Below the pieces are notes generated by a model. The model worked only from the letters and a program-made list of their open reading frames with translations. It was not told where the DNA came from and did not search any database. A program made the position numbers and the translations under genes. A stretch of DNA of 64,000 bases, from contig NC_087436.1 in NCBI RefSeq assembly GCF_036321535.1, positions 34,846,001 to 34,910,000 of the forward strand. The letters are read 5' to 3'. Shown here piece by piece: positions 1 through 11,600 of this stretch (position 1 is its first letter; each line of letters begins with the position of its first letter). This stretch comes from Camelus dromedarius. Taxonomy: Eukaryota.

Positions 1-130
1 TTCTTACTTGTGTGTCTCCTCCACTAGGATATAGTCTCCGTAAGAACAGGACATTTGCTTGTCTTGTCTGCTACTGTGTCTCCGCAGCAGCTAGAACACA
101 GCTGGGAACAGGCAAATAAATGAGTTTGTG
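1..130 (+). mobile_element. LINE2 3'-end relic
   Basis: ccactaggatatagtctcc...ttgtctgctactgtgtctcc...agaacacagctgg resembles the L2 3' terminus. Confidence 0.55.
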
Positions 131-339
131 TCTCTTTGAACCATGTCTTGGTGGAAAAAGCAGTGACCCAGGAAGGAATAAGGAGGAACTGAATATGGCC
201 CTGTTCTCTTTCCATACTCCTTCTAAAATGCTGTTAATTATTAAAAGTGCAGGGCTGTAATGAGCGTTGGACTATATCTCTATTGATGATAGATTTGGAA
301 TTTGGGGGTCAACACTGAAGAATATTACTGAAGTTATGA

Positions 340-1310
340 ATACATATTGTCAAGTTGCTTTCCAGAAGGTATACATCATATTATATATCTACCTGAGAGT
401 GTTCGTTTCTCAGAAATTCTACCAGTAGTGAATTACTTATTTTCATATTTACAAATTTAGTGTGTGAAATTTAGTTTTATTTGCACTTCTTATTTACTAT
501 TGATTTCTTTCCTCTTTATGCTTATTTTATCAGTTTGTCTTTTTTCCCTGTGAATTCTTATTTTCTCACCTTTACTGTGTCTCCTTCAGGAAGTTAATGA
601 TATTCTAATTGATTATTAAGAGAGCTTTTATTTCATATTTTATTAATCTTTGCAACTATTTTCTTCAGCTTTTTAAAATTATCATAATTCTTTTGAAGTC
701 TATTATATGTAATGTAATGTATTGTCCTTTAATATCTAATATTCTTATTTTTATATTTAGTGATTTTTATCCATATAGTATATATTCTACTGAATGGTGT
801 GAAATAAGACTCTAACTTGGATACTTTATCAAACCACAGATTTTCTCAGCACTACTTATGGGCTCCCATTAGTTATACATGCTTCTTTTATCATATGTTA
901 AGTTTCAGTTTAAGTGCGTGTATATATATCACTTTGTGTTACTGATATATTTCTAAGCCATCTGTCTGTTCTTCTAAACTATCTGTCAGCATTTTTAGGC
1001 AACTGTCACATTGGTTTAATATTTAAAATTTTTTTGTACAATTACTTCCCAGTCCTCCTTGCCATCAATGTTATTATTTTAAAAGGTATATTTTACCTTT
1101 ATTCCTCCAGATTGACTTTAGTAGCTTTTTAAAATTCTAACTACCAATGATACAAAAAATTATTAAATAGGGTTAAAATTTAGGAAATTTTTGATATTTA
1201 AAATATGCTTTCTTTCCATCCACAAACCTGGCATATTTTTTCACTTACTCAACTTTTTAAAAACCTTTTTTTCAGTGTTCCTTATATATATCCTACACAT
1301 TTCTTTCTGC
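340..1310 (-). mobile_element. Ancient, highly degraded L1 (L1M-type) fragments, antisense
   Basis: T-rich sequence with L1 reverse-complement phrases (ttgtcaagttgctttccagaagg; ccagattgactttag); boundaries approximate. Confidence 0.45.
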
Positions 1311-1858
1311 TTTTTACTGATGCTTTAAGTTGAAATGTATGGATTTTGCACTGAGAGGTATGCATTCCAAATTAGAACTGGCGGGTGCAACTTATCTCAC
1401 AGGCTTGACATAAAAAGACGTGTACATGATCAGCACTGAAGTGCTGCTTTGAAAATAACTGACTCTTAATAAGTGCTGTTCTCCTGTATTTCTTTCTTAA
1501 GAACCAAACCTGTTACAATAGAGCTTTAGCCTAGATTCTGTCTTAATTAACTCAAGTTTCAACCATGGTATCTTAGTTAAATAGGTTTAAATTGTAGATA
1601 TTTATTCATAATAAGCATTATAATCTTTTATGTAAATCAGTATCTACAAGATCACTTTGGAAACTTTAAAACACTGTAAGATATTATTTCTTAAATCCTT
1701 TTTATTAGCAACATGCCAGGTGTTTTCCAGCCTAAATTGTTATAATGAATTTAGAAAGCCAAAAGCAAATGAACACACAAAAGGGCAAGTTAATCTCATA
1801 TCACTAGTAAGTGTAGATTGTTATAAATTTCTAGGCATGTTTTAAACTCTCCTGAAAT

Positions 1859-2005
1859 TACACAAAACGTTATGGTAGCTCACAGAGAAAAAAATGTGAC
1901 AGTGAGTGTGTATATGTCCATGTATGACTGAAAAATTGTGCTGAACATTGGAATTTGACACAACATTGTAAAATGATTATAAATCAATAAAAAATGTTAA
2001 AAAAG
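1859..2005 (+). mobile_element. 5'-truncated young L1 3' end with TSD
   Basis: L1 3' tail (gacacaacattgtaaaatgattataaatcaataaaaaa) plus A-rich end. Flanked by taaactctcctgaaat (1843-1858) and taaactctccttaaat (2006-2021). Confidence 0.85.
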
Positions 2006-2289
2006 TAAACTCTCCTTAAATAAGGTGTGTCTTTTTCATAATTAAAATTTATCTTTTGAAATGAATTCTGCTGAGAATAATCAGTTATATGTTTAATTAT
2101 AATCAACAGTTGTATGTATGGACATATGTATGTAATTACAGATTCCATTTTATGTATATACATCTATATATAATTATAGATTCCATTTTTTACATAGATT
2201 TAGAGGTTTGCAGATTTGTTATTTCTTCATGTGTCATTCTTCGTAGGTTGTGTTTTTCACTAGATTTATCCAGTTCACCTAAATAATTC

Positions 2290-2660
2290 AAGATTAGTAT
2301 CACAAAATTTATCAGCTCTCTCTCCAGACCTGATATTTGTCTTCAGTGGTCTGTTTCCATCTGGCTGGCCATGTCAGAAATGAATGTCAACTTTGACTCC
2401 TCCTCTTTTTCATTCTCCACACTCACTGAGCTCTATGCAGTCTAGCCCTTATTAATAATTTCCAAATCAGCTTTTATTTTTATCTGCTGCTGCTGCTGCT
2501 TTGGTTGTTCAGGCTTTTAGTGATTCTTACCTAGACTTCATCAGAGCCTCTGTAAAATGTTTTGCCTCTAGTGGTCAAAATTCCTCACTGACTTTTCATT
2601 ACCAAATGTGTCTCATCTCCTCATATAGTACCTGGCATATAGTAGATGATATATATATTT
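2290..2660 (+). mobile_element. LINE2 relic
   Basis: ctttgactcctcctctttttcattctccacac... and ...tagtacctggcatatagtag are L2-like motifs. Confidence 0.5.
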
Positions 2661-3570
2661 GTTTTATTCCATCAAGTAAAAAGAGTATTTTACTCAGTAT
2701 TAATTGACCATAACTAATCTTTACTGAATTTCTACATGTATACCTCTTAAGAGAGTTCATTCACTCAGCATTCATTCAATTTTTTCTTCTGTAAGATGAA
2801 TTACACAATCATCTAATAAACCCATGTCTATAAAACAGGATATCATCTTCCTTCAGAAAATGAAATTATAGTTCCCTTTAAAGAACTCAAAGTGAGTTTT
2901 GAATAGCTGTAACTAGTAATTTCAGGTTGGTTTGAATTTTAGTAAGTTGCTTTATTTTCACAATGCTGAAGTTTTATTAACATAATTTAACTAAGTTGCA
3001 TCTTCAGATTCCAACTATTTATTGACAATCTGAAATTTAATCATTTTAATTTGATAGCATATAAAATAATGTAATTTAAAGGCAGTGACATGTGATATTC
3101 AAATTGGATGCAAATATTCAATCCCATAATTAAGACATGTACATTCAGTTTTGTGGATAGAAATATGTAAATTTTTCACATGAAAAAGATCAGCGTATAA
3201 AAACAAATGAACTTCATTTATGTCTTCTGCAGCTTTTTTTTCTTAGTCATTTGGGGGATCAGAAAATCTTGACAAGGTGCTTGGATATGTATATGAGATG
3301 TCTAATGCTCAGTTTAGTATCTCATCATTGAAGCTGAGAGGAGCACTGAGCCACTAAACGAATAAGAAATACTTCCATTTGTAGACAGGAAAATGAAATA
3401 GTTCATCTGCCATCCATATGTTTTTCCAGCAGGAAAACAAAACTGATTTATATACCTCTAGGTATTGATTAATTTGTTTATTAGTATTAATTGATTTATT
3501 ATTGATTTATTTGCTTATTTATCACACATTGAAGACATTCTTTGATAATCATTTTGAATTGATGATGTCC

Positions 3571-3592
3571 ACTTTTTTTGTCTTTTCTCTAG
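3571..3592 (+). other. ANKRD50: 3' splice acceptor of the large ANKRD50 exon
   Basis: actttttttgtcttttctctAG|GTTTTCGA; recognisable ANKRD50 protein sequence begins exactly here. Confidence 0.93.
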
Positions 3593-6500
3593 GTTTTCGA
3601 AAAATAAGTTTAGATGACCTTCGGAAGGCATATATCGTTAAAGATGTTCAACAGTACATTCTTCATCGTTTAGATCAAGAAGAAGCTTTGCGACAGCACC
3701 TCACAAAAGAGACTGCAGAGATGTTAAACCAGCTGCACATTAAAAGTAGTGGGTGCTTTCTTTATCTAGAAAGAGTTCTCGATGGAGTTGTAGAAAATTT
3801 TATTATGTTAAGAGAGATTCGTGACATCCCAGGAACTCTAAATGGTCTGTATCTCTGGCTGTGTCAAAGACTTTTTGTAAGAAAACAGTTTGCAAAGGTT
3901 CAGCCTATTTTGAATGTGATTCTTGCAGCCTGCCGACCTTTGACCATAACGGAATTATACCATGCGGTATGGACCAAAAATATGTCATTAACCTTGGAAG
4001 ACTTTCAACGCAAGTTAGATGTCCTCTCCAAACTTCTTGTTGATGGACTAGGAAATACTAAAATACTGTTTCACTATAGTTTTGCAGAGTGGCTTCTGGA
4101 TGTGAAACACTGCACTCAGAAGTATTTATGTAATGCAGCAGAAGGACACCGAATGTTGGCTATGAGTTATACCTGTCAAGCCAAGAATTTAACACCATTG
4201 GAAGCACAAGAATTTGCATTGCACTTAATTAATTCAAACTTACAGTTAGAGACAGCTGAATTAGCTCTGTGGATGATATGGAATGGTACACCTGTCAGAG
4301 ACTCCCTGTCTACTTTAATACCCAAGGAACAAGAAGTGCTACAGCTGTTGGTTAAAGCTGGTGCTCATGTCAACAGCGAAGATGATCGCACATCATGCAT
4401 AGTCCGACAGGCCTTAGAAAGAGAGGATTCCATTCGGACATTATTAGATAATGGAGCTTCTGTGAATCAGTGTGATTCGAATGGGAGGACATTATTGGCT
4501 AATGCTGCTTACAGCGGCAACCTTGATGTAGTGAATTTACTTGTATCCAGGGGAGCAGATTTAGAGATAGAAGATGCTCATGGACACACACCACTTACCC
4601 TAGCTGCCAGACAGGGACATACCAAGGTGGTTAATTGCTTGATTGGCTGTGGAGCAGATATTAATCATACTGATCAAGATGGCTGGACAGCATTAAGATC
4701 TGCTGCTTGGGGTGGTCACACTGAGGTGGTTTCTGCACTACTTTATGCTGGTGTAAAAGTGGATTGTGCAGACGCTGACAGCAGAACTGCTCTGAGAGCA
4801 GCAGCCTGGGGAGGACATGAGGATATTGTCCTGAATTTGCTCCAACATGGTGCTGAAGTCAACAAAGCTGATAACGAAGGCAGAACTGCTTTGATAGCAG
4901 CAGCCTACATGGGACACAGAGAGATTGTGGAACACCTGCTGGACCACGGAGCAGAAGTGAATCACGAGGATGTGGATGGCAGGACTGCACTCTCTGTAGC
5001 TGCGCTTTGTGTTCCCGCAAGTAAAGGGCATGCATCAGTTGTTAGCCTCTTAATCGATCGAGGTGCTGAAGTAGATCATTGTGATAAAGATGGCATGACT
5101 CCGCTGCTGGTAGCTGCCTATGAAGGACACGTCGATGTGGTTGACTTGCTTCTAGAGGGGGGAGCAGATGTAGACCACACAGATAACAATGGTCGTACAC
5201 CCCTCTTAGCAGCAGCTTCTATGGGTCATGCTTCGGTTGTAAACACACTTTTGTTCTGGGGTGCAGCTGTGGACAGCATTGACAGTGAAGGGAGGACAGT
5301 CCTCAGCATAGCTTCAGCCCAAGGAAATGTTGAAGTAGTACGTACTCTCCTGGATAGAGGGTTAGATGAAAACCACAGAGACGATGCTGGATGGACACCT
5401 TTGCACATGGCAGCTTTTGAAGGTCACAGGTTAATATGTGAGGCACTTATTGAACAAGGTGCTAGAACAAATGAGATTGACAATGATGGGCGGATACCTT
5501 TCATACTAGCTTCACAAGAGGGTCATTATGATTGTGTTCAAATATTACTGGAAAATAAATCGAACATTGATCAAAGAGGTTACGATGGAAGAAATGCACT
5601 GCGGGTTGCTGCGTTAGAAGGACACAGGGACATTGTTGAATTACTTTTCAGCCATGGAGCCGATGTTAACTACAAAGATGCCGATGGGAGGCCCACACTT
5701 TATATTTTGGCCTTAGAAAACCAACTTACGATGGCTGAGTACTTTTTAGAAAATGGGGCAAATGTAGAAGCAAGTGATGCTGAAGGAAGGACAGCACTTC
5801 ATGTTTCCTGCTGGCAGGGCCACTTGGAAATGGTGCAGCTTCTGATCACCTACCACGCTGACGTCAACGCTGCAGACAATGAAAAGCGCTCTGCTCTGCA
5901 GTCTGCAGCCTGGCAGGGCCACGTGAAAGTGGTGCAGCTTCTGATCGCGCACAGTGCGGCGGTCGACCACACGTGCAATCAGGGTGCCACTGCGCTCTGT
6001 ATTGCGGCCCAGGAAGGGCACATCGATGTTGTGCAGGTTCTGTTGGAGCATGGTGCTGATCCAAACCACGCTGACCAGTTTGGACGCACTGCTATGCGTG
6101 TTGCAGCCAAAAACGGACATTCTCAAATAATTAAATTACTAGAAAAATATGGTGCATCCAGTTTGAATGGCTGTTCTCCATCTCCTGTACACACCATGGA
6201 GCAGAAACCTCTACAATCGGTGACTTCAAAAATGCAATCACTAACAATTAAGTCGAATAGCTCTGGCAGCACTGGTGGAGGGGACGTGCAGCCTTCGCTA
6301 CGCGGGTTACCGAACGGGCCAGCTCACGCCTTCAGTTCTCCTTCAGAATCGCCTGATTCAACAGTTGATCGGCAGAAGTCATCATTGTCAAATAATTCCT
6401 TGAAAAGCTCAAAAAATTCGTCTTTGAGAACCACTTCGTCTACAGCAACGGCTCAAACAGTGCCAATTGACAGCTTTCACAGCTTGTCATTTACAGAGCA

Positions 6501-7140
6501 AATTCAGCAGCACTCACTGCCGCGCAGTAGAAGTCGGCAGTCGATCGTTTCCCCGTCTTCCACAACGCAGTCCTTGGGGCAGAGCCACAACTCACCCAGT
6601 AGCGAGTTTGAGTGGAGCCAAGTAAAGCCCAGTTTGAAGTCAACTAAAACAAATAAAGGGGGGAAATCAGAAAATTCCGGCAAATCTGGGTCAGCTGGGA
6701 AAAAAGCGAAACAAAATAATTCTTCACAGCCAAAGGTTTTGGAATATGAAATGACTCAGTTTGATAAGAGAGGACCTACAGCCAAATCTGGGACCAGTGC
6801 ACCATCTAAACAAATGCCCACAGAATCGCAGTGCAAAATCATGATACCTTCAGCTCAGCAGGAAATTGGTCGATCGCAACAGCAGTTTCTTATTCACCAA
6901 CAAAGTGGGGAACAGAAGAAGAGAAATGGAATAATGACAAATCCAAATTACCATCTTCAGAGCAACCAGGTTTTTCTTGGTAGGGTCTCAGTCCCACGAA
7001 CAATACAAGACAGAGGGCATCAGGAAGTGTTAGAAGGATATCCTTCCTCGGAGACGGAGTTAAGCCTTAAACAAGCCCTGAAGCTTCAGATTGAGGGTTC
7101 TGACCCTAGCTTCAACTATAAGAAGGAAACACCATTATAA
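3593..7140 (+). CDS. ANKRD50: ANKRD50 (ankyrin repeat domain 50), coding part of the large last coding exon; upstream coding exons lie outside the window
   Basis: Uninterrupted [30 protein letters not shown]... ~19 ankyrin repeats (G-TPL/TAL--AA--GH--VV--LL--GA-V[DN]) ... Ser-rich tail ... YKKETPL* (TAA 7138-7140), recognised as ANKRD50. The exon starts after the polypyrimidine tract and AG at 3591-3592, in phase 1 (G|GT, Gly). Confidence 0.97.
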
Positions 7141-7143
7141 GAG

Positions 7144-8679
7144 GTAAGGTTTCATCAACATAAAGGATAAATATCAAAAGCACAGTTCCCTCTCCTTAGA
7201 ATACTCCCTTCCCTAATTCCCAGGGCCAGTTCCCTCACCTCGTCACTATTTGTGTCATCTTCTCAGCAAGAGCCTCCCTCCTCACTCTTTCCAGTTTGAA
7301 TTCTCCCGCCTCCGGCACTCGCTTTCCCCCTTTCCTGCTGACATCGGTGCAGTACTTACTATTTCACACACTTTATACATTTTATTTATTACTATGTTCA
7401 TTATTTGTCTCCTCCCAACTAAAATGTAGTCTTTGTGAGGGTCGGGATTTTTCTCTTTTGAATTCCATGTCCTGGGACTGACAGTAGTTTCTCAGTAAAA
7501 ATGTGTTGAGTAAGTGAACGAATGAGTGAGTGAATGAATATACTATTTGTGGGTCTCAGATTAAGAATTCCTTCCTATATAGTCATTTCGCCTCTTAAAG
7601 GTTCTTTGATGGTAACAAGCGGGGGCCATGTCTGTAATACTCCCTTTTGGGTTTGAATAAAATTGTGTATGTAGTGCCTAGGTAGGTGGGTAATGAAGGT
7701 TCATGTCCTTCCTTTATTCACCCTGGGAGAAATAAAAAAATTAATCAGCAAAATGTAATTTTTATTGTGAAAGATGTCTTAAGAATCTTCTGGGTAAAAT
7801 TTACACATACCAAGAATAGGTGTAGAAAGATGATAAATGGGTATCTTGGAAAGAGGGTATTTAGAGCCCAGTGTATTTAGACATAAGAATTAAATGTTTA
7901 AACCTCAAAATAAAGTTACATTTATTAAATAAAAAACATTTTTTCTCCTTTCCACCACAATGGACGCATCACTAATTATAATAAAGAGGAAGTTAATGGG
8001 AAAATAGACACATAATTTTATGTTATGGATACTTTTTCAAAAGTACACATCTCATATTAGAGACAAATTTCAAAGACTTCATTAGGAATTTGTGCTGGCT
8101 TCTACTCCAGGTGTATTTATCCCACTTTGCTCAATCATTTTTCATCCTCTAACAAAATTGTGTTCTTTCCTTTAGCAAACTGAAATCTCTTTCTTGTGCT
8201 TTTTTTTTTTTCATTTTTGGAGTTTTATTTTAAGGATGTTTTATTTAAGTGAAACATTATTATAAGTAAACTTCCTATACTTTCTAATAATAAACACCCT
8301 TCCATGTGAATTTATGGACTGGTCAACTATCATTCAAAATTAATTTGTATAAAAGTTAATTCATTCTCCAATATCGTTTATTTTAAAAATATTTAGTTCA
8401 TCTCTCAACTCTCCAACTCATCGTTCAACTCTCCAACTCTCGTGAAAGCTTTCATGAAGGTTAAGTGTAGATCAATATTAATAATTAACACAGATGAATT
8501 AGGGTAAACACTTTGTGGAATCTTTAAAAGTGATTTATACATTAAATAATGAATCGCTAATGGGTATTCTTTTGTGCTTTACATAGTAAATATATATATT
8601 ATGTAGGGTTTTAAAAGTATGTGTAGTTATATAATAAGTGTAGTGTAGAAATTAATTTTTTTTTTAACTTTTCAATTAG
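7144..8679 (+). other. ANKRD50: ANKRD50 intron located in the 3' UTR (1536 nt)
   Basis: Donor GAG|GTAAGG 3 nt after the stop codon. Acceptor tttttttttttaacttttcaattAG|TTTCC at 8678-8679. An L2 relic lies inside. Confidence 0.8.
7200..7540 (+). mobile_element. LINE2 (L2a-like) 3' end inside the 3' UTR intron
   Basis: ttatttgtctcctcccaactaaaatgtagtctttgtgagggtcggga... ending in gaatgagtgagtgaatgaat. Confidence 0.7.
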
Positions 8680-11600
8680 TTTCCTGTTCTGTGAAACAGA
8701 AGACATTGTGATTGGAGTGATTCTTCAGCTACTGGATGAAAACATCAAATGCCTGTTGATTTGCTGGAAAAAAAAATGAAGAATGTGATATCTGCAGTAC
8801 AGTTACCTTAATTACTGTAATGTGCCTAAATAGTAAGGCTGCCTTCTCAATGTAACCCTCTGTGCTTAACAAATTTCATTTTGTGTGCTTTATATTCACT
8901 ACCCAAGAATAAGCACTTTTTTTTCAATGCAGATATATACTGCAGTTCCTCTAAAAGCTGAAAAATTTTGAGTAAAGCATTTTAAGTTAAGATTTGATAA
9001 ATGTGCATGTGCCATGATCAAATATATATGAAAAGGCAGTGTTCCTTGTATTTATTTTTTTCTTTCTGTGGCAAACGAAACTTAAGCATAGTGTTTCAGT
9101 CACATTTGCCTTGTTGTAGTGTATGGCTTGTTTCCTGTATCCTTAAAAATGTCATTCAATAAAATAAATCATACAACTATTTTATGTTCACTACATCTTC
9201 AGCATTGGTTACAAACTGTGTTTCTATTTAATGCCACACTGAGATGAAAAAAAAATGGTTTTGTGAAAGACTTTTTTAAAGTGTAGTATTTTAGGGAGCT
9301 GCTCTAAGTAGTTTAAATTTGGATTTCCCAGTAGCATCCTCCTAATCTTCAGCTAAAGTTTCAAAAGAAAGAAAGAAAAGAAAAAAAATTCACACAAACA
9401 GACTGTAGGCAGAACAAAGTTCTGTTTCATTCGCTAGGATGCAATTTCACCTTCCACTCACTTGTCATTCCACCTCCAAGAAGACAGATGATCATTCCTG
9501 AGGCATGAAAATTCTCAGGGACAAAGCCAGGCCTCAGTGGCACATGTGTGTAGCGGGAGATGCACCTGTCGATCTGAGGGTAGATTTCTGATCCCTGAAC
9601 AATTCATTGACTACTCTTACCTCTTCCATTCAGTTAAATAAAATATAATTTGTCACTCTAAATTTTAATGCTGGCTTCTCTGTGGTTTGTAAATCACTGC
9701 ATGACCAAAATAGCCCCCACCCAAAATCAGTTGGATTAATTTTAGTGATTCGTTGGATGAATATTCTTGGTGAATATGTGTTCTCTTCACAGATGACAGC
9801 ACTAACCTTTCAGTCAGAGCACAGGTGTATTTTTTTATTGCTATTTGATAAATATTAGTAATAGATTTGCACTTTTCTGTCCACATACTCTTTCCTGTTT
9901 TCCTCTTTGGACAGTTGCTTCCAGAATAATGGATGTAACCAAGAAAAACAAACTTGATTGCTCAAATGAGCATGTGACCACAGCCTTAGCCTCCAGGATG
10001 GACTCTAAACCAGCTGAGCTAGCTTAGATGGGTTATGTGCGTGTCTGGAAAAGTTAGAATGTATTGTTCAGAAACCAAGGTTTGTAGGTTTGATCTATGA
10101 AAAAGCCTGGGATCTTACAAAACCCACATTGTATTCTTTCCATGTGCTGTTGATAAGGAGGAATAAGGAAAGAGAATTTGGAGATTCAGCACAAAACCAT
10201 TGCTACTACTGGAAAAAATCTTTAGAAGATGTCTTAGTAACAGAGGTCAGTAATGTCATCTTCATGTATGAAGGACACATGTGTTGCATTGTTCACGGAA
10301 ATAGAAATGTGTAATTGATTGTGATAAATGTTTCGCTTGATCTTTGTGTAAGGCTTTTATTTTGCTTCTGTTTTTTTAAGTCAGCAAAGCACATGTGTTT
10401 ATGTCATCAGTAAGTTATAATCAGGAATAGGAGATAAGTTGGTAAGTTCAATCAATATTAAGGTGACATGGCAATATTTATAACTCGAATGTGAATGTTT
10501 CAAGTATTGAACTTTTGTCCCCATGGGACATTTATTAAATACACTTAATAGGACTCTTGCAAAGTAGCCTTAAAAGTGTTAATGATTCTGTTAATAAATA
10601 TGAACGCATACTATTATTAGAACCAACTTTGGTCATATCTCAAACACAGTGCATTTACATAATTCTAGAAGATGAAGCTCTAATTTCTTAGTAGGTGTAT
10701 TTTTCTTTAGAAAGAGAATCCTGAAAGTGCCGGTTTTTCTATTAAACTTTGAATTATTGGAATTGTATTTATTTAATTTTATTGTTTTTACAAAAGTGCA
10801 CCTTGTGGCCAAAGGGCAAAGATATGACTCATTACATGAGGGATTTATGTTTTTTGAAGAGCTAAATGTTTTCATAACCATTCTATATACACTTGAAACA
10901 GCTGTAGGAAGAGAAACTGTTGGGAAAATATGACTTTCAAAAGTAAGTATTCCTTTGGATGTTTTTATATTAATTAAGCTTCGGAGTAGAATAGCAGTGG
11001 CTTTCAGTTCGGGTAAGGATGATAAGGGGGAGCTGAAGATGCCCTGCTTTTCTTACTGGTTTCGGTGGGGATTTATTTAATACCATGACTGAAAATGGCT
11101 TCTGCCCCATTAAGAAGAGTAAAAATAGTCCCGCAACTATAAAGCTCCTCAATAGCTATTTTTAAAATAAAAATGTTTAAATTTTGTAAATCACCTGATG
11201 CCACTACACGACTGTGATGCCATCTGCTTATAACGTTTTTATACCATTCCATCTGCGCTCATTCCCTAAAAGTCATGAGTTGATAATAAGGGAAGTGATA
11301 AAAAATACAGTAATGAAAGATAAAAATGTCTATGTTTGTAGGAGAGGTTTTGGAAGGAAGACTGACCAGGACGCAGTGTGTACTGCAAAGTACAGCCAGT
11401 TATGTCCCTCACCCTCACCCCCATGCTGACCGGAATCCTCACCAAAAGTAGTTCACTGCTTAAAAAACAGGAGTAAATATTTTTCTCAATATTGTTTGGC
11501 TATGCAAATGTTTGTTTTGCTTAGTGTCCTCCATTTACACTTCTCTGCAAATGTAGTTACAAATGCTTTTTTTAAAAATTTTCCCTTGGTTTGAGGTATG

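Noticed and set aside
3502..3592. N-terminal 30 codons of the 1212-aa ORF (MIYLLIYH...FFVFSL)
   Set aside because: The start is a TTG in intronic sequence that happens to be open. It includes the polypyrimidine tract, and real coding begins at the acceptor 3592/3593.
4738..6126. Antisense ORFs overlapping ANKRD50 (97, 60, 126 and 66 aa)
   Set aside because: Shadow ORFs of a coding strand; no recognisable protein features.
4300..6150. 99-nt periodicity that might suggest a repeat array or CRISPR-like locus
   Set aside because: Fully explained by 33-aa ankyrin repeats. There are no identical repeats with unique spacers, and this is mammalian DNA.
8402..8442. Short duplication tcaactctccaactc(a)tcgt x2 in the UTR intron (similar small duplications near 2133-2190 and 21212-21241)
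   Set aside because: Ordinary local slippage duplications with no evidence of function.
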